This document shows positions 1-7,154 of a stretch of 39,252 nucleotides of DNA, piece by piece; within the stretch, counting starts at the first letter, position 1, and each line of letters begins with the position of its first letter. Below the pieces are notes generated by a model. That model saw only the letters and a program-made list of their open reading frames with translations. It was not told where the DNA came from and did not search any database. A program made the translations under genes and the position numbers. This stretch comes from Patescibacteria group bacterium (GTDB taxonomy: Bacteria; Patescibacteriota; Doudnabacteria; UBA920), in assembly GCA_023487095.1 (NCBI GenBank), contig JAMDEL010000057.1, forward strand, positions 1 through 39,252, read 5' to 3'.

Positions 1-147
1 GTCTTTGTCCACGAAAACAACCAAGTTGCTTTTGTCACCCCGGACAATGAGTTTGACCCGGATGGGTTTCTGTTTTCCTTCAACGATGGCGAATGAGTCG
101 CCGTTGTTGAAAGCGGAATTGGACGCGAGTTTTGCCAAAAGCGGCAT
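1..147 (-). CDS. hypothetical protein, first 49 codons only (runs off left edge of window)
   Basis: Reverse-strand ATG at 147-145 with GGAGG 6 nt upstream. The frame MPLLAKLASNSAFNNGDSFAIVEGKQKPIRVKLIVRGDKSNLVVFVDKD stays open to the window edge. Absent from the ORF track because it is shorter than 60 aa and has no stop. Confidence 0.4.
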   Translation of the reverse strand, partial: MPLLAKLASNSAFNNGDSFAIVEGKQKPIRVKLIVRGDKSNLVVFVDKD

Positions 148-195
148 TCGCCACCTCCGGCTTGGCCGTTTTATAAACGGACAAGCCGCAAGCGG

Positions 196-231
196 TAAAA
201 GAAAAACCCTCCCAAGGGTTTGGGAGGGTTT
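196..231 (-). terminator. intrinsic terminator-like hairpin
   Basis: AAACCCTCCCA (204-214) pairs perfectly with TGGGAGGGTTT (221-231) around a 6-nt loop. On the minus strand it is followed by TTCTTTTAC. Confidence 0.55.
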
Positions 232-376
232 AAAGATGTTTTGTAGACTTACGCCATCTTTTTTCCTTGCCCAAACCAAAACGCCGGCTTCTTAGTGGAA
301 GCCTTAGCCATGGCCTTATTGATTTGGGCTGTAAAGATGCTCATATTGGGTTAATAATATGGCAAGACCGCATGTT

Positions 377-405
377 TTGTCAATTGTGGAAAAGTCTGTT
401 AAAAT
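377..405 (+). promoter_or_regulatory. sigma70-like promoter upstream of dcd
   Basis: TTGTCA (377-382), 17-nt spacer, TAAAAT (400-405). The ATG of dcd lies 26 nt downstream. Confidence 0.5.
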
Positions 406-430
406 TTTGATGCTATTAACCCATGCATAA

Positions 431-1042
431 ATGATCCTTTCCGACCGAGACATAAAAAAAGCCCTGGCTTCCGGCAGGATAAAAATTACTCCCAAACCGG
501 ACTATAAAACCCAGCTGGGTTCCTGCTCCATTGATTTGCATTTAGGCACTCATTTTAGGGTTTTCAAGCACAGCACACACCCGTTTATTGACCTAAAAGG
601 AAATATTGATACAAATAGCATTATGGAAGAGGTTGTGGTCAAGAAAGGCGAACCGTTCATTATGCAGCCCGGGGATTTTGCTTTGGCCACCACGGTGGAA
701 AATTTGGAATTAGCCGATGACATTTTAGGCAAAATCGAAGGCCGGAGCTCCTTGGGGCGTTTGGGAATAATTGTTCATGGCACAGCCAGCATTTTTGATC
801 CCGGCTGGGTGGGCAAGCCTACTATGGAACTGGGTAATTTGGGTGTTATGCCCGTGGCTTTGTATCCGGATATGCGGATTTGTGCGTTTACTTTTGAAGA
901 GGTTACTAGCCCCGTAGACGTGCCTTACAGGAAGAAGAAAGGCAATAAGTACGCAGGCCAGACCTCGCCTTTGGCTTCTAAACTCACCCGTGAGGTCAGT
1001 AAGGGCATAAAAATGAAAGGCATTGGCGCCAAGGATTACTAA
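431..1042 (+). CDS. dcd: dCTP deaminase (possibly bifunctional dCTP deaminase/dUTPase; cannot be decided by eye)
   Basis: 203 aa. N-terminus MILSDRDIKKAL..., the GRSSLGRLG motif and overall dUTPase-fold Dcd-like sequence. Confidence 0.9.
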   Translation: MILSDRDIKKALASGRIKITPKPDYKTQLGSCSIDLHLGTHFRVFKHSTHPFIDLKGNIDTNSIMEEVVVKKGEPFIMQPGDFALATTVENLELADDILGKIEGRSSLGRLGIIVHGTASIFDPGWVGKPTMELGNLGVMPVALYPDMRICAFTFEEVTSPVDVPYRKKKGNKYAGQTSPLASKLTREVSKGIKMKGIGAKDY

Positions 1043-1043
1043 A

Positions 1044-1074
1044 ACAAAAACCCCGGACAATCCGGGGTTTTTTA
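1044..1074. terminator. bidirectional intrinsic terminator between convergent dcd and folA
   Basis: CCCCGGA-CAA-TCCGGGG hairpin flanked by an A-run on the 5' side and a T-run on the 3' side. Confidence 0.7.
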
Positions 1075-1087
1075 AGACGTCAACTTT

Positions 1088-1582
1088 TTAGGGCTTTTCC
1101 AATTCGTACCAGGTAAAATCAATGCCATCGTGCTGGCTTGTTTCTTCGTGCACAATTTTGGTGAATTCCGGGTAGGCGGGAAAAAAGGCATCCGCATCCT
1201 CATGCACCCGGTCAATGACCGTAACATAGAGCTTGTCTGCCTGCTCAATGGTTTGGGCGTAAATAGACCCGCCGCCAATTACAAAAATTTCTTCTTTTTC
1301 GGTCTCCCTGGCTTTGGCTAAAGCTTCTTCCACTGAGTGAGCGACAATACACCCAGGTGCCTCAAAGCTCGGATCCTTGGTGATAACAATATTAGTTCGG
1401 TTGGGCAAAGGCTTGGACCTTATGGATTCAAAAGTTTTTTTGCCCATAATTATGGCGTGCCCGGACGTCAGCTTTCTAAAACGCTGCAAGTCTTCCGGAA
1501 TGTAGTATAAAAGCTTGTTGTCTTTGCCAATGGCCAGATTTTTGGCAATGGCGGCGATAAGTGAAATTTTAGGGGTGTTCAT
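1088..1582 (-). CDS. folA: dihydrofolate reductase
   Basis: 164 aa. Motifs LIAAIAKNLAIGKDNKL, IMGKKTFESI and VIGGGSIYAQ are typical of DHFR. Confidence 0.9.
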   Translation of the reverse strand: MNTPKISLIAAIAKNLAIGKDNKLLYYIPEDLQRFRKLTSGHAIIMGKKTFESIRSKPLPNRTNIVITKDPSFEAPGCIVAHSVEEALAKARETEKEEIFVIGGGSIYAQTIEQADKLYVTVIDRVHEDADAFFPAYPEFTKIVHEETSQHDGIDFTWYELEKP

Positions 1583-2234
1583 TGTGCTTGGAAATAATAT
1601 TAGCGATTTTAAACAAGTCGGTGATCAGGTAGTCGGGTTTCAGTTTTTTTAACCTTTGTGCCGAACAGTCGCCCGTGGTCAGGGCCGCAGAGATAAAGTG
1701 CGCATCCTTGGCGATTTCAACTTCTTCTATTGTATCTCCAACGCACAAGACTTCCCCCGGAGCCACCTTGATGGTTTGCAGGTACTTTTGCAGCCGGTGC
1801 TCTTTGCTTCTTTGCGTGATGTGGGTGTGGTCACCCGGCGGGCGGCCAAGAACTTTTTTTATCAAGGTTTCAATTTTTAGCCTTGCCATGTCGCGCGTAA
1901 TTAGCCTGGAAGGGTGGTTGCTGAAAATTATGGCCTTGATTTTTTGCTTTTGCAGCCAGGCCAGGATTTTTTTTGCATGTTTCTTTAAGGGTATTTGGCC
2001 GAAATGTTTATTGTAGCTTCCAAAAAATATCCTGTTTTGCTCGGGCATTTCAGAAATAAGTCCGCCGTTAGCCAGCCACATGCGACTAAAAGGCACATCG
2101 TAAGTCTGCCTGAACTGCGATAGGCTGATCGGTTTTCTTCTAAACTGTTTTAAGGTGTGGTTGAATCCCTGGAACTGAGCTTGGGTATCATTGAAAAGCG
2201 TTCCGTTCCAATCAAAAGCGACCAACTTAATCAT
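1569..2234 (-). CDS. HAD-superfamily hydrolase (phosphatase or nucleotidase-like) with atypical motif I
   Basis: 221 aa. Motif I reads VAFDWNGTL (D-x-N rather than D-x-D). A GDTxxD-type motif IV (VGDTIEEVEIAKDA) is present. Overlaps folA by 14 nt. Confidence 0.75.
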   Translation of the reverse strand: MIKLVAFDWNGTLFNDTQAQFQGFNHTLKQFRRKPISLSQFRQTYDVPFSRMWLANGGLISEMPEQNRIFFGSYNKHFGQIPLKKHAKKILAWLQKQKIKAIIFSNHPSRLITRDMARLKIETLIKKVLGRPPGDHTHITQRSKEHRLQKYLQTIKVAPGEVLCVGDTIEEVEIAKDAHFISAALTTGDCSAQRLKKLKPDYLITDLFKIANIISKHNEHP

Positions 2235-2607
2235 GTGCGATGTATTTTAAGATTTCTTCCGGATTCTTGTAACGGTAAAACCTGTAGTTTTTGTGATTTA
2301 TACCGAGGACTAGCCGGCTGACTTTGGCCGTTTCTTTGGCCACAGCCAGGACTTTTTTGTTCAGCTGCAAAGCAGTGGCGATTTCAAAGCCCAGGCCAAT
2401 GGCCGGGTAGGAGACTTCGGCCAAAAGCAAGTCGCAGTCGGTAACGCACTTTACATCATGCCGGAAAACATCCTCGGCCGTACCGTTGATCAAGCCCATA
2501 TATTCCAGAACTTCGTATTGGGCTTTAAGTTTTTCCCTAAATTCCAGCATTTCCGTTTTAAAGTCTTCCGGAGCCTGGGTCAGGGAATGCGCAAGGTAGA
2601 TTTTCAT
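2227..2607 (-). CDS. nucleoside 2-deoxyribosyltransferase-like protein
   Basis: 126 aa. The MKIYLAHSL start and YPAIGLGFEIATA (catalytic-Glu motif context) resemble the NDT/Rcl family. Overlaps neighbours by 8 and 4 nt. Confidence 0.6.
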   Translation of the reverse strand: MKIYLAHSLTQAPEDFKTEMLEFREKLKAQYEVLEYMGLINGTAEDVFRHDVKCVTDCDLLLAEVSYPAIGLGFEIATALQLNKKVLAVAKETAKVSRLVLGINHKNYRFYRYKNPEEILKYIAHD

Positions 2608-3041
2608 AAATTTTCGGTTTTAAACCTTAAGCCGGCCTCTACCACATCTTTGACATTTGGCAGAAGGTATAAAAATTCCAATTCATGGAGTGCGTGCCAG
2701 GAAGGACTGGTTTCTACAGATTTATGCAGTTCACCGGAATGCTTTAAGCACAAAAAAACCCTCCACGAATATTCTATTTCCCTTTCCTCTTTATCTTTCC
2801 GGTTTAAAAGTTTTGCCAAATGGTAGTTGCTCGGGAATTCAACCAATTCTTTTTCTTCTGTTATTAAGCCGGTTTCTTCCTTTAGTTCCCTGACCGCAGC
2901 TGCAATTTCTGTTTCGCCAGGCTGAAGGCGGCCTGAGGGCAAGCCAAAGACATGGTCGTTGTATCCGGAACCCGCCTCGTGTCTGACTAAAAGGACCCGG
3001 TCATTATTTAATACCAAAATGCCTACGGTTGGCTTTGCCAT
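2604..3041 (-). CDS. NUDIX hydrolase
   Basis: 145 aa. Nudix box GRLQPGETEIAAAVRELKEETGL. Confidence 0.85.
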   Translation of the reverse strand: MAKPTVGILVLNNDRVLLVRHEAGSGYNDHVFGLPSGRLQPGETEIAAAVRELKEETGLITEEKELVEFPSNYHLAKLLNRKDKEEREIEYSWRVFLCLKHSGELHKSVETSPSWHALHELEFLYLLPNVKDVVEAGLRFKTENL

Positions 3042-3050
3042 GAAAATTGA

Positions 3051-3995
3051 TTAAAACACTCCACCTGAAACAGACAGCTCGGCCTTTAAGGCAGGGTGGA
3101 ATTCATAATTTTCCAGTTTTACATGCTCCGGCTTAAAATCGTCAATGGTTTTTACTGAGTCATCAATGCTGATGGTTGGAAACGGTTTTGGTTCTCGTTT
3201 TAGCTGTTCTTTAACCTGTTCTAAATGGTTCTCGTAAATATGAACATCACCGAAAGTATGCACAAAATCGCCGACTTCTCTGCCCAAGACTTTGGCAATA
3301 ATATGGGTGAGTAAAGCATAAGAAGCAATATTAAAAGGCACACCTAAGAACAAATCCGCAGAGCGTTGATAGAGCTGTAGGCAGACCTTGTTTTTAATAA
3401 TATTAACTTGGTACATATTGTGGCAAATCGGGAACCTGCAGGCTTCCTCGCGCGTAGCCATGGTGTATAAGTATTCCGGATTCCAGGAGTTTACAATCGC
3501 GTTGTGGGCATTGGGGTCTTGGGTAAGCTCGTCAATAACCCACTTTAATTGGTCCACGGTTCTTCCCGGGGTTTTGGTTGGCCAACGTCTCCACATTTCT
3601 CCGTAGATTCTTTTTAGCTCGCCCCATTTTTTGCCGAATTCCTCGTCGGAAACCATTTTGTTTATAAAATCCTCTTTGGAAATTTGCGGTTCTTTGCCTG
3701 CGCGTACAGCCTCGTTGTAAATTTTAAACGGATAGTCGTCCCAGATGTGTACGCCTTTTTTTGTCAGGTAGGTCACATTACTTTGGCCGGAGATAAACCA
3801 ATAGAGTTCTTCCACCACGCCTTTCCAGTAAACTTTTTTGGTTGTGAGTAGGGGAAAGCCCTTTGATAAATCAAAGCGCATTTGTTTGCCGAAGACGCTA
3901 AAAGACGCATCGCCGGTCCCTTGGTCGACCTTGCGGTCGCCAGTCTCCAAAATTTCCTTGAGTAGGTCTAAATATTGGTATTCAGGGTGCCTCAT
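3051..3995 (-). CDS. thyA: thymidylate synthase (long, Lactobacillus casei-type with insertion)
   Basis: 314 aa. Motifs FPLLTTKKVYWKG, RFPICHNMYQ (catalytic Cys), DLFLGVPFNIASYALLTHIIA and GDVHIYENH. Confidence 0.92.
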   Translation of the reverse strand: MRHPEYQYLDLLKEILETGDRKVDQGTGDASFSVFGKQMRFDLSKGFPLLTTKKVYWKGVVEELYWFISGQSNVTYLTKKGVHIWDDYPFKIYNEAVRAGKEPQISKEDFINKMVSDEEFGKKWGELKRIYGEMWRRWPTKTPGRTVDQLKWVIDELTQDPNAHNAIVNSWNPEYLYTMATREEACRFPICHNMYQVNIIKNKVCLQLYQRSADLFLGVPFNIASYALLTHIIAKVLGREVGDFVHTFGDVHIYENHLEQVKEQLKREPKPFPTISIDDSVKTIDDFKPEHVKLENYEFHPALKAELSVSGGVF

Positions 3996-4012
3996 AAAAG
4001 AAAAATTAGTTT

Positions 4013-4693
4013 TTATTCTATATTGAAAATTTTATCCGTGCCGTAGTAGTTCTGCCAGTTGTTGTTGTAGTAGTCAAACATCCTGGCTAGGCGGTCCTGG
4101 GCAAGTTCAGCAGCGTCCAGCTCGGCCATCATTTGCCTAATTTCTTCTTTCACCTCAGAGGCCCTGGATTCGTCGTCAATGACTTTTTCAAACTCTGCCA
4201 AATAACCGTAGCCCGCATTTTTGTCTATGCTGACATTGGCACCGTTGTAAACATACTCGCTCCGCTCTCTGGACCATTTGGCCTGGTACGAAAAACCGGA
4301 TTTTAAAACCAGGTTGTCCAATTCTTCTATGGTAACCGCCACGGGTGCTTCCCATTCCAAACGGGCAGTGCCGTTTTGGCTGGTGGTGTCATCCACCGAA
4401 GCTTTAAGCACCAAAATTACCCTGCCATCAGCCCAGCGTGTGCGGACGGAAAAATCTTTGGCCTTGCCGGCCAAGTCTTTCAGCTTCGCCAGTTTTTCTG
4501 CGTCCACGATGGTTTTGACGTTTTCGTAAAGGGATTGTAAATCGCCGCTGGTGAAATAGTGGTTTAGTTGTTTGTGAGAACCGAGGGTTTTAAGTCCGGG
4601 GTCTTTGGCTTTCATCTTTTCCACCAAAGCGTCGGCTTTTTCCTTGCCTCCAAGCAAAGATTTGATTTCAATTTCGTAGGAATGTTTTTGCAT
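4013..4693 (-). CDS. CYTH-domain protein (triphosphate tunnel metalloenzyme family)
   Basis: 226 aa. N-terminal ExExK signature (YEIEIKSLL) and a later ExE (YLAEFEKV). Confidence 0.7.
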   Translation of the reverse strand: MQKHSYEIEIKSLLGGKEKADALVEKMKAKDPGLKTLGSHKQLNHYFTSGDLQSLYENVKTIVDAEKLAKLKDLAGKAKDFSVRTRWADGRVILVLKASVDDTTSQNGTARLEWEAPVAVTIEELDNLVLKSGFSYQAKWSRERSEYVYNGANVSIDKNAGYGYLAEFEKVIDDESRASEVKEEIRQMMAELDAAELAQDRLARMFDYYNNNWQNYYGTDKIFNIE

Positions 4694-4696
4694 GTT

Positions 4697-5317
4697 TTAG
4701 CGTTTACGATTCTTTTTGTCCAAGGCTTTTTTTATATCACCCTCCACGTACCGGTTGCGCGCGTGGCGGTACCAGTCATGGGGCTTGGATTTTTGGATTT
4801 TTTCCCACAGTCTTTTGGCTGAGTCCGTAAAAAATAGCTTAACAATCAAGGTTCGGTTATCATCCCAGGCTTCCATATGGGCGCGGCCCATGGCCTTCTG
4901 CTCCTGGATTTCCAGGTCAACATCCAACCAGTCCGCATCTTTGACAATTTTGGCTTCCCAGGTTTTGCGGTCTTCGTATTCGTGCCAGGCTTCCAGCATT
5001 TCTTCTTCCAGGACAGTGTTCTTTAAAATATCCTTAATAGCTTTGGCTTCATCTCGCTTGGTGTATTGGCGGGAAATGTAGTGCACATCGCCGGTGCGGC
5101 TTTCGGCAATATCGTGGACAATAGCCATCATCATGATTTTTTGCATGTCCACTTTTTTCTTTTCCATTTTGGCCAGAATCATGGAAAGCCAAATTACCCT
5201 GAGGTGGTGGTCGGCCAAGTTGGCAAAGTCCGGCCCCAAAAATTGTTTCCAGGCCCGGTCAATGAACCTGAGGCAGCCGATTTCGTATAAAAATTCAAGA
5301 TTTCTTTCCGTATTCAT
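4697..5317 (-). CDS. HD-domain phosphohydrolase, YfbR-like 5'-deoxynucleotidase candidate
   Basis: Motifs HHLRVIWLSM and AIVHDIAESRTGDV. The track starts at TTG 5362. I prefer ATG 5317 (MNTERN...) because TGCTAAAAT sits 7 nt upstream. ATG 5326 is an alternative. Confidence 0.75.
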   Translation of the reverse strand: MNTERNLEFLYEIGCLRFIDRAWKQFLGPDFANLADHHLRVIWLSMILAKMEKKKVDMQKIMMMAIVHDIAESRTGDVHYISRQYTKRDEAKAIKDILKNTVLEEEMLEAWHEYEDRKTWEAKIVKDADWLDVDLEIQEQKAMGRAHMEAWDDNRTLIVKLFFTDSAKRLWEKIQKSKPHDWYRHARNRYVEGDIKKALDKKNRKR

Positions 5318-5324
5318 ATTAGGC

Positions 5325-5333
5325 ATTTTAGCA
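5325..5333 (-). promoter_or_regulatory. extended -10 box abutting the HD gene start (leaderless mRNA candidate)
   Basis: Minus strand reads TGCTAAAAT, then 7 nt, then ATG at 5317. Confidence 0.45.
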
Positions 5334-5392
5334 TAGATTTTAGACCCTTCCAAAACGCTCAAAATTGCCCTATTTTCGGCTTTTACGCGAGA

Positions 5393-5401
5393 TGTTATAC
5401 T
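5393..5401 (+). promoter_or_regulatory. extended -10 box abutting the kinase gene start (leaderless mRNA candidate)
   Basis: TGTTATACT at 5393-5401, then 6 nt, then ATG at 5408. No SD is possible. Confidence 0.45.
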
Positions 5402-5407
5402 ATTCTC

Positions 5408-5953
5408 ATGGAAAAGCTTATTGTAGGTGTTTTAGGCGAAAAATTTGCAGGCAAGGACGCGGCAGCCAACTACCTGGCAGAAAAGTACGGGGCGGCCCAT
5501 TTTCGGTTTAGCCATATCCTGGACGATATTTTAAGGCTTTTAAACTTGCCGGTTTCACGGGGGAATGAAATTGCCTTAGGCTTGGGCCTCAGGGAGATTT
5601 TTGGCCGCCAGGTCTTGGGCCCGGCTATAGTGAAAAGAGTCCAGGATTCCAAACAAGCTTTGGTGGTTGTTAACGGCCTCCGCATGGACGAGGTGGAAGA
5701 GATTAAAAAGATAGGCGGAAAGATTGTTTACATAACCGCGCCCGCCGAACTGCGCTTTGCCCGCTACCAAAACAGGCATGAGAAAGCCGATGACGGCAGC
5801 ATGGACTACATCCAGTTTATCGGGCAGGAGCAGAGTATAACCGAAGTTGATATCCCGGCGCTTGGCCAAAAAGCGGATTTCAAAATAGAAAACACCGGTA
5901 CTTTGGAAGAGCTCTACCAAAAAATAGAGGACATTTTGAGAAAATTAAAATAA
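5408..5953 (+). CDS. P-loop nucleotide kinase, deoxynucleoside-monophosphate-kinase-like
   Basis: 181 aa. Walker A variant GVLGEKFAGKD (GxxxxGKD, as in phage T4 gp1-type dNMP kinases). Lies immediately upstream of tmk. Confidence 0.55.
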   Translation: MEKLIVGVLGEKFAGKDAAANYLAEKYGAAHFRFSHILDDILRLLNLPVSRGNEIALGLGLREIFGRQVLGPAIVKRVQDSKQALVVVNGLRMDEVEEIKKIGGKIVYITAPAELRFARYQNRHEKADDGSMDYIQFIGQEQSITEVDIPALGQKADFKIENTGTLEELYQKIEDILRKLK

Positions 5954-5957
5954 GCCC

Positions 5958-6710
5958 ATGTCTTTGTTGAGCAAACTATCTTTAGCCAAAACAGGCAGCC
6001 AGAAAACGCGCGGCAGGTTTATTGTTATAGACGGCATAGACGGCAGCGGCAAAGCCACGCAGACCAAGCTTTTGATGGACGAGCTTAAGATTAACGGCTA
6101 TGAGGCCGAAGAGGCGGACTTTCCCCAGTATGGCACCAAGTCGGCCGGGATTATTGAAGAGTACCTAAACGGCAAGTACGGCCAGCTGGACCCCCGCGCA
6201 GCCTCCATTTTTTACGCCATTGACCGGTTTGACGCCAGCTTTAAAATCCGGCAGTGGCTCTCAGAAGGCAAGGTTGTTGTCTCTAACCGCTATGTCACGG
6301 CTAACGCCGGGCATCAGGGCGGGAAGATCGCTGACGAGCATGACCGGCTCAAATTTTTTCGTTGGCTCAATGACTTGGAATACAACATTTTCAACATTCC
6401 AAAACCCGACCTGAACATAATTTTGCATATGCCGGCCAAAGCCGCGCAAAAGTTGGTGGATTCCAAGGCCCAGCACCAGCGCACTTACGCCAACCATGCC
6501 AACAAGAAGCGGGATTTGCACGAATCCGATATTGAACATTTGAAAAACGCAGAAAAAGTTTTTATGGAAATTGTCCAGCTGTTCCCCAATACCAAGCTGG
6601 TTGAGTGCTCTGAGGGCAAAAGGCTGCTCTCGCCCGAAGAAATTCATAATAAAGTCTGGGAACTGGCCAGAAGAATTGCGCTTATTAATTTTAAACCGGA
6701 GTACAAATAA
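5958..6710 (+). CDS. tmk: thymidylate kinase
   Basis: 250 aa. FIVIDGIDGSGKATQ P-loop and overall dTMP kinase pattern. Confidence 0.92.
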   Translation: MSLLSKLSLAKTGSQKTRGRFIVIDGIDGSGKATQTKLLMDELKINGYEAEEADFPQYGTKSAGIIEEYLNGKYGQLDPRAASIFYAIDRFDASFKIRQWLSEGKVVVSNRYVTANAGHQGGKIADEHDRLKFFRWLNDLEYNIFNIPKPDLNIILHMPAKAAQKLVDSKAQHQRTYANHANKKRDLHESDIEHLKNAEKVFMEIVQLFPNTKLVECSEGKRLLSPEEIHNKVWELARRIALINFKPEYK

Positions 6711-6711
6711 T

Positions 6712-7101
6712 ATGCCCGAAGTTTTAACCATGCCGGAAACAAGAAATGTGAAAGAAGAAATAGGGTATGTTTCAAGACTTTTTGAGGAAGTTTTGGATCC
6801 CAACGGTCCTTTCCGTTGGGATTTGCCGCCCAAGCTGTTATTGCCTGGAGACGAAGATTATAAACTTTTTGTTTGTCGGTCAAACGTGTATTTGGAGCGC
6901 CTTGTGCCTCTGAATTATTTAATCAAAATCGGGGCCTTGCCATTGCCCCAGGAAAACGCGGTTTCCGATGCCATGGCCAACCTGCAGGCGATTAGCCGTA
7001 GGCCGGGCTTGAGGACACCTGAAGACATGGAAGAAATCAGGCATGAGCTTAACCAGGTGGTAACGGCTTTGCGGATTTCAAGACAAGAAGCAGCTGCTTG
7101 A
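6712..7101 (+). CDS. hypothetical protein
   Basis: 129 aa from ATG 6712 (MPEVLTMPETRN...), 1 nt after the tmk stop. The upstream part of track ORF 6571-7101 overlaps tmk in another frame and was trimmed. No recognisable motif. Confidence 0.5.
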   Translation: MPEVLTMPETRNVKEEIGYVSRLFEEVLDPNGPFRWDLPPKLLLPGDEDYKLFVCRSNVYLERLVPLNYLIKIGALPLPQENAVSDAMANLQAISRRPGLRTPEDMEEIRHELNQVVTALRISRQEAAA

Positions 7102-7154
7102 AAAAGCCTCACCAGTTTTCAGTTTGCGGCTCTAATTTTTTTTGGCCAATTTTT

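Noticed and set aside
5-295. 96-aa plus-strand ORF from the track (TTG start)
   Set aside because: It runs straight through a perfect terminator hairpin (204-231). It is antisense to a better-supported minus-strand gene start (SD plus ATG at 147). Its composition is low-complexity and non-protein-like.
3051-3995. ThyA homolog as a dUMP/dCMP hydroxymethylase, which would imply a DNA hypermodification pathway with the dNMP kinase and nucleotidases
   Set aside because: The specificity Asn in PFNIASY is retained. The sequence follows the long L. casei-type thymidylate synthase throughout. A DHFR gene is in the same operon, as expected for a true dihydrofolate-producing TS.
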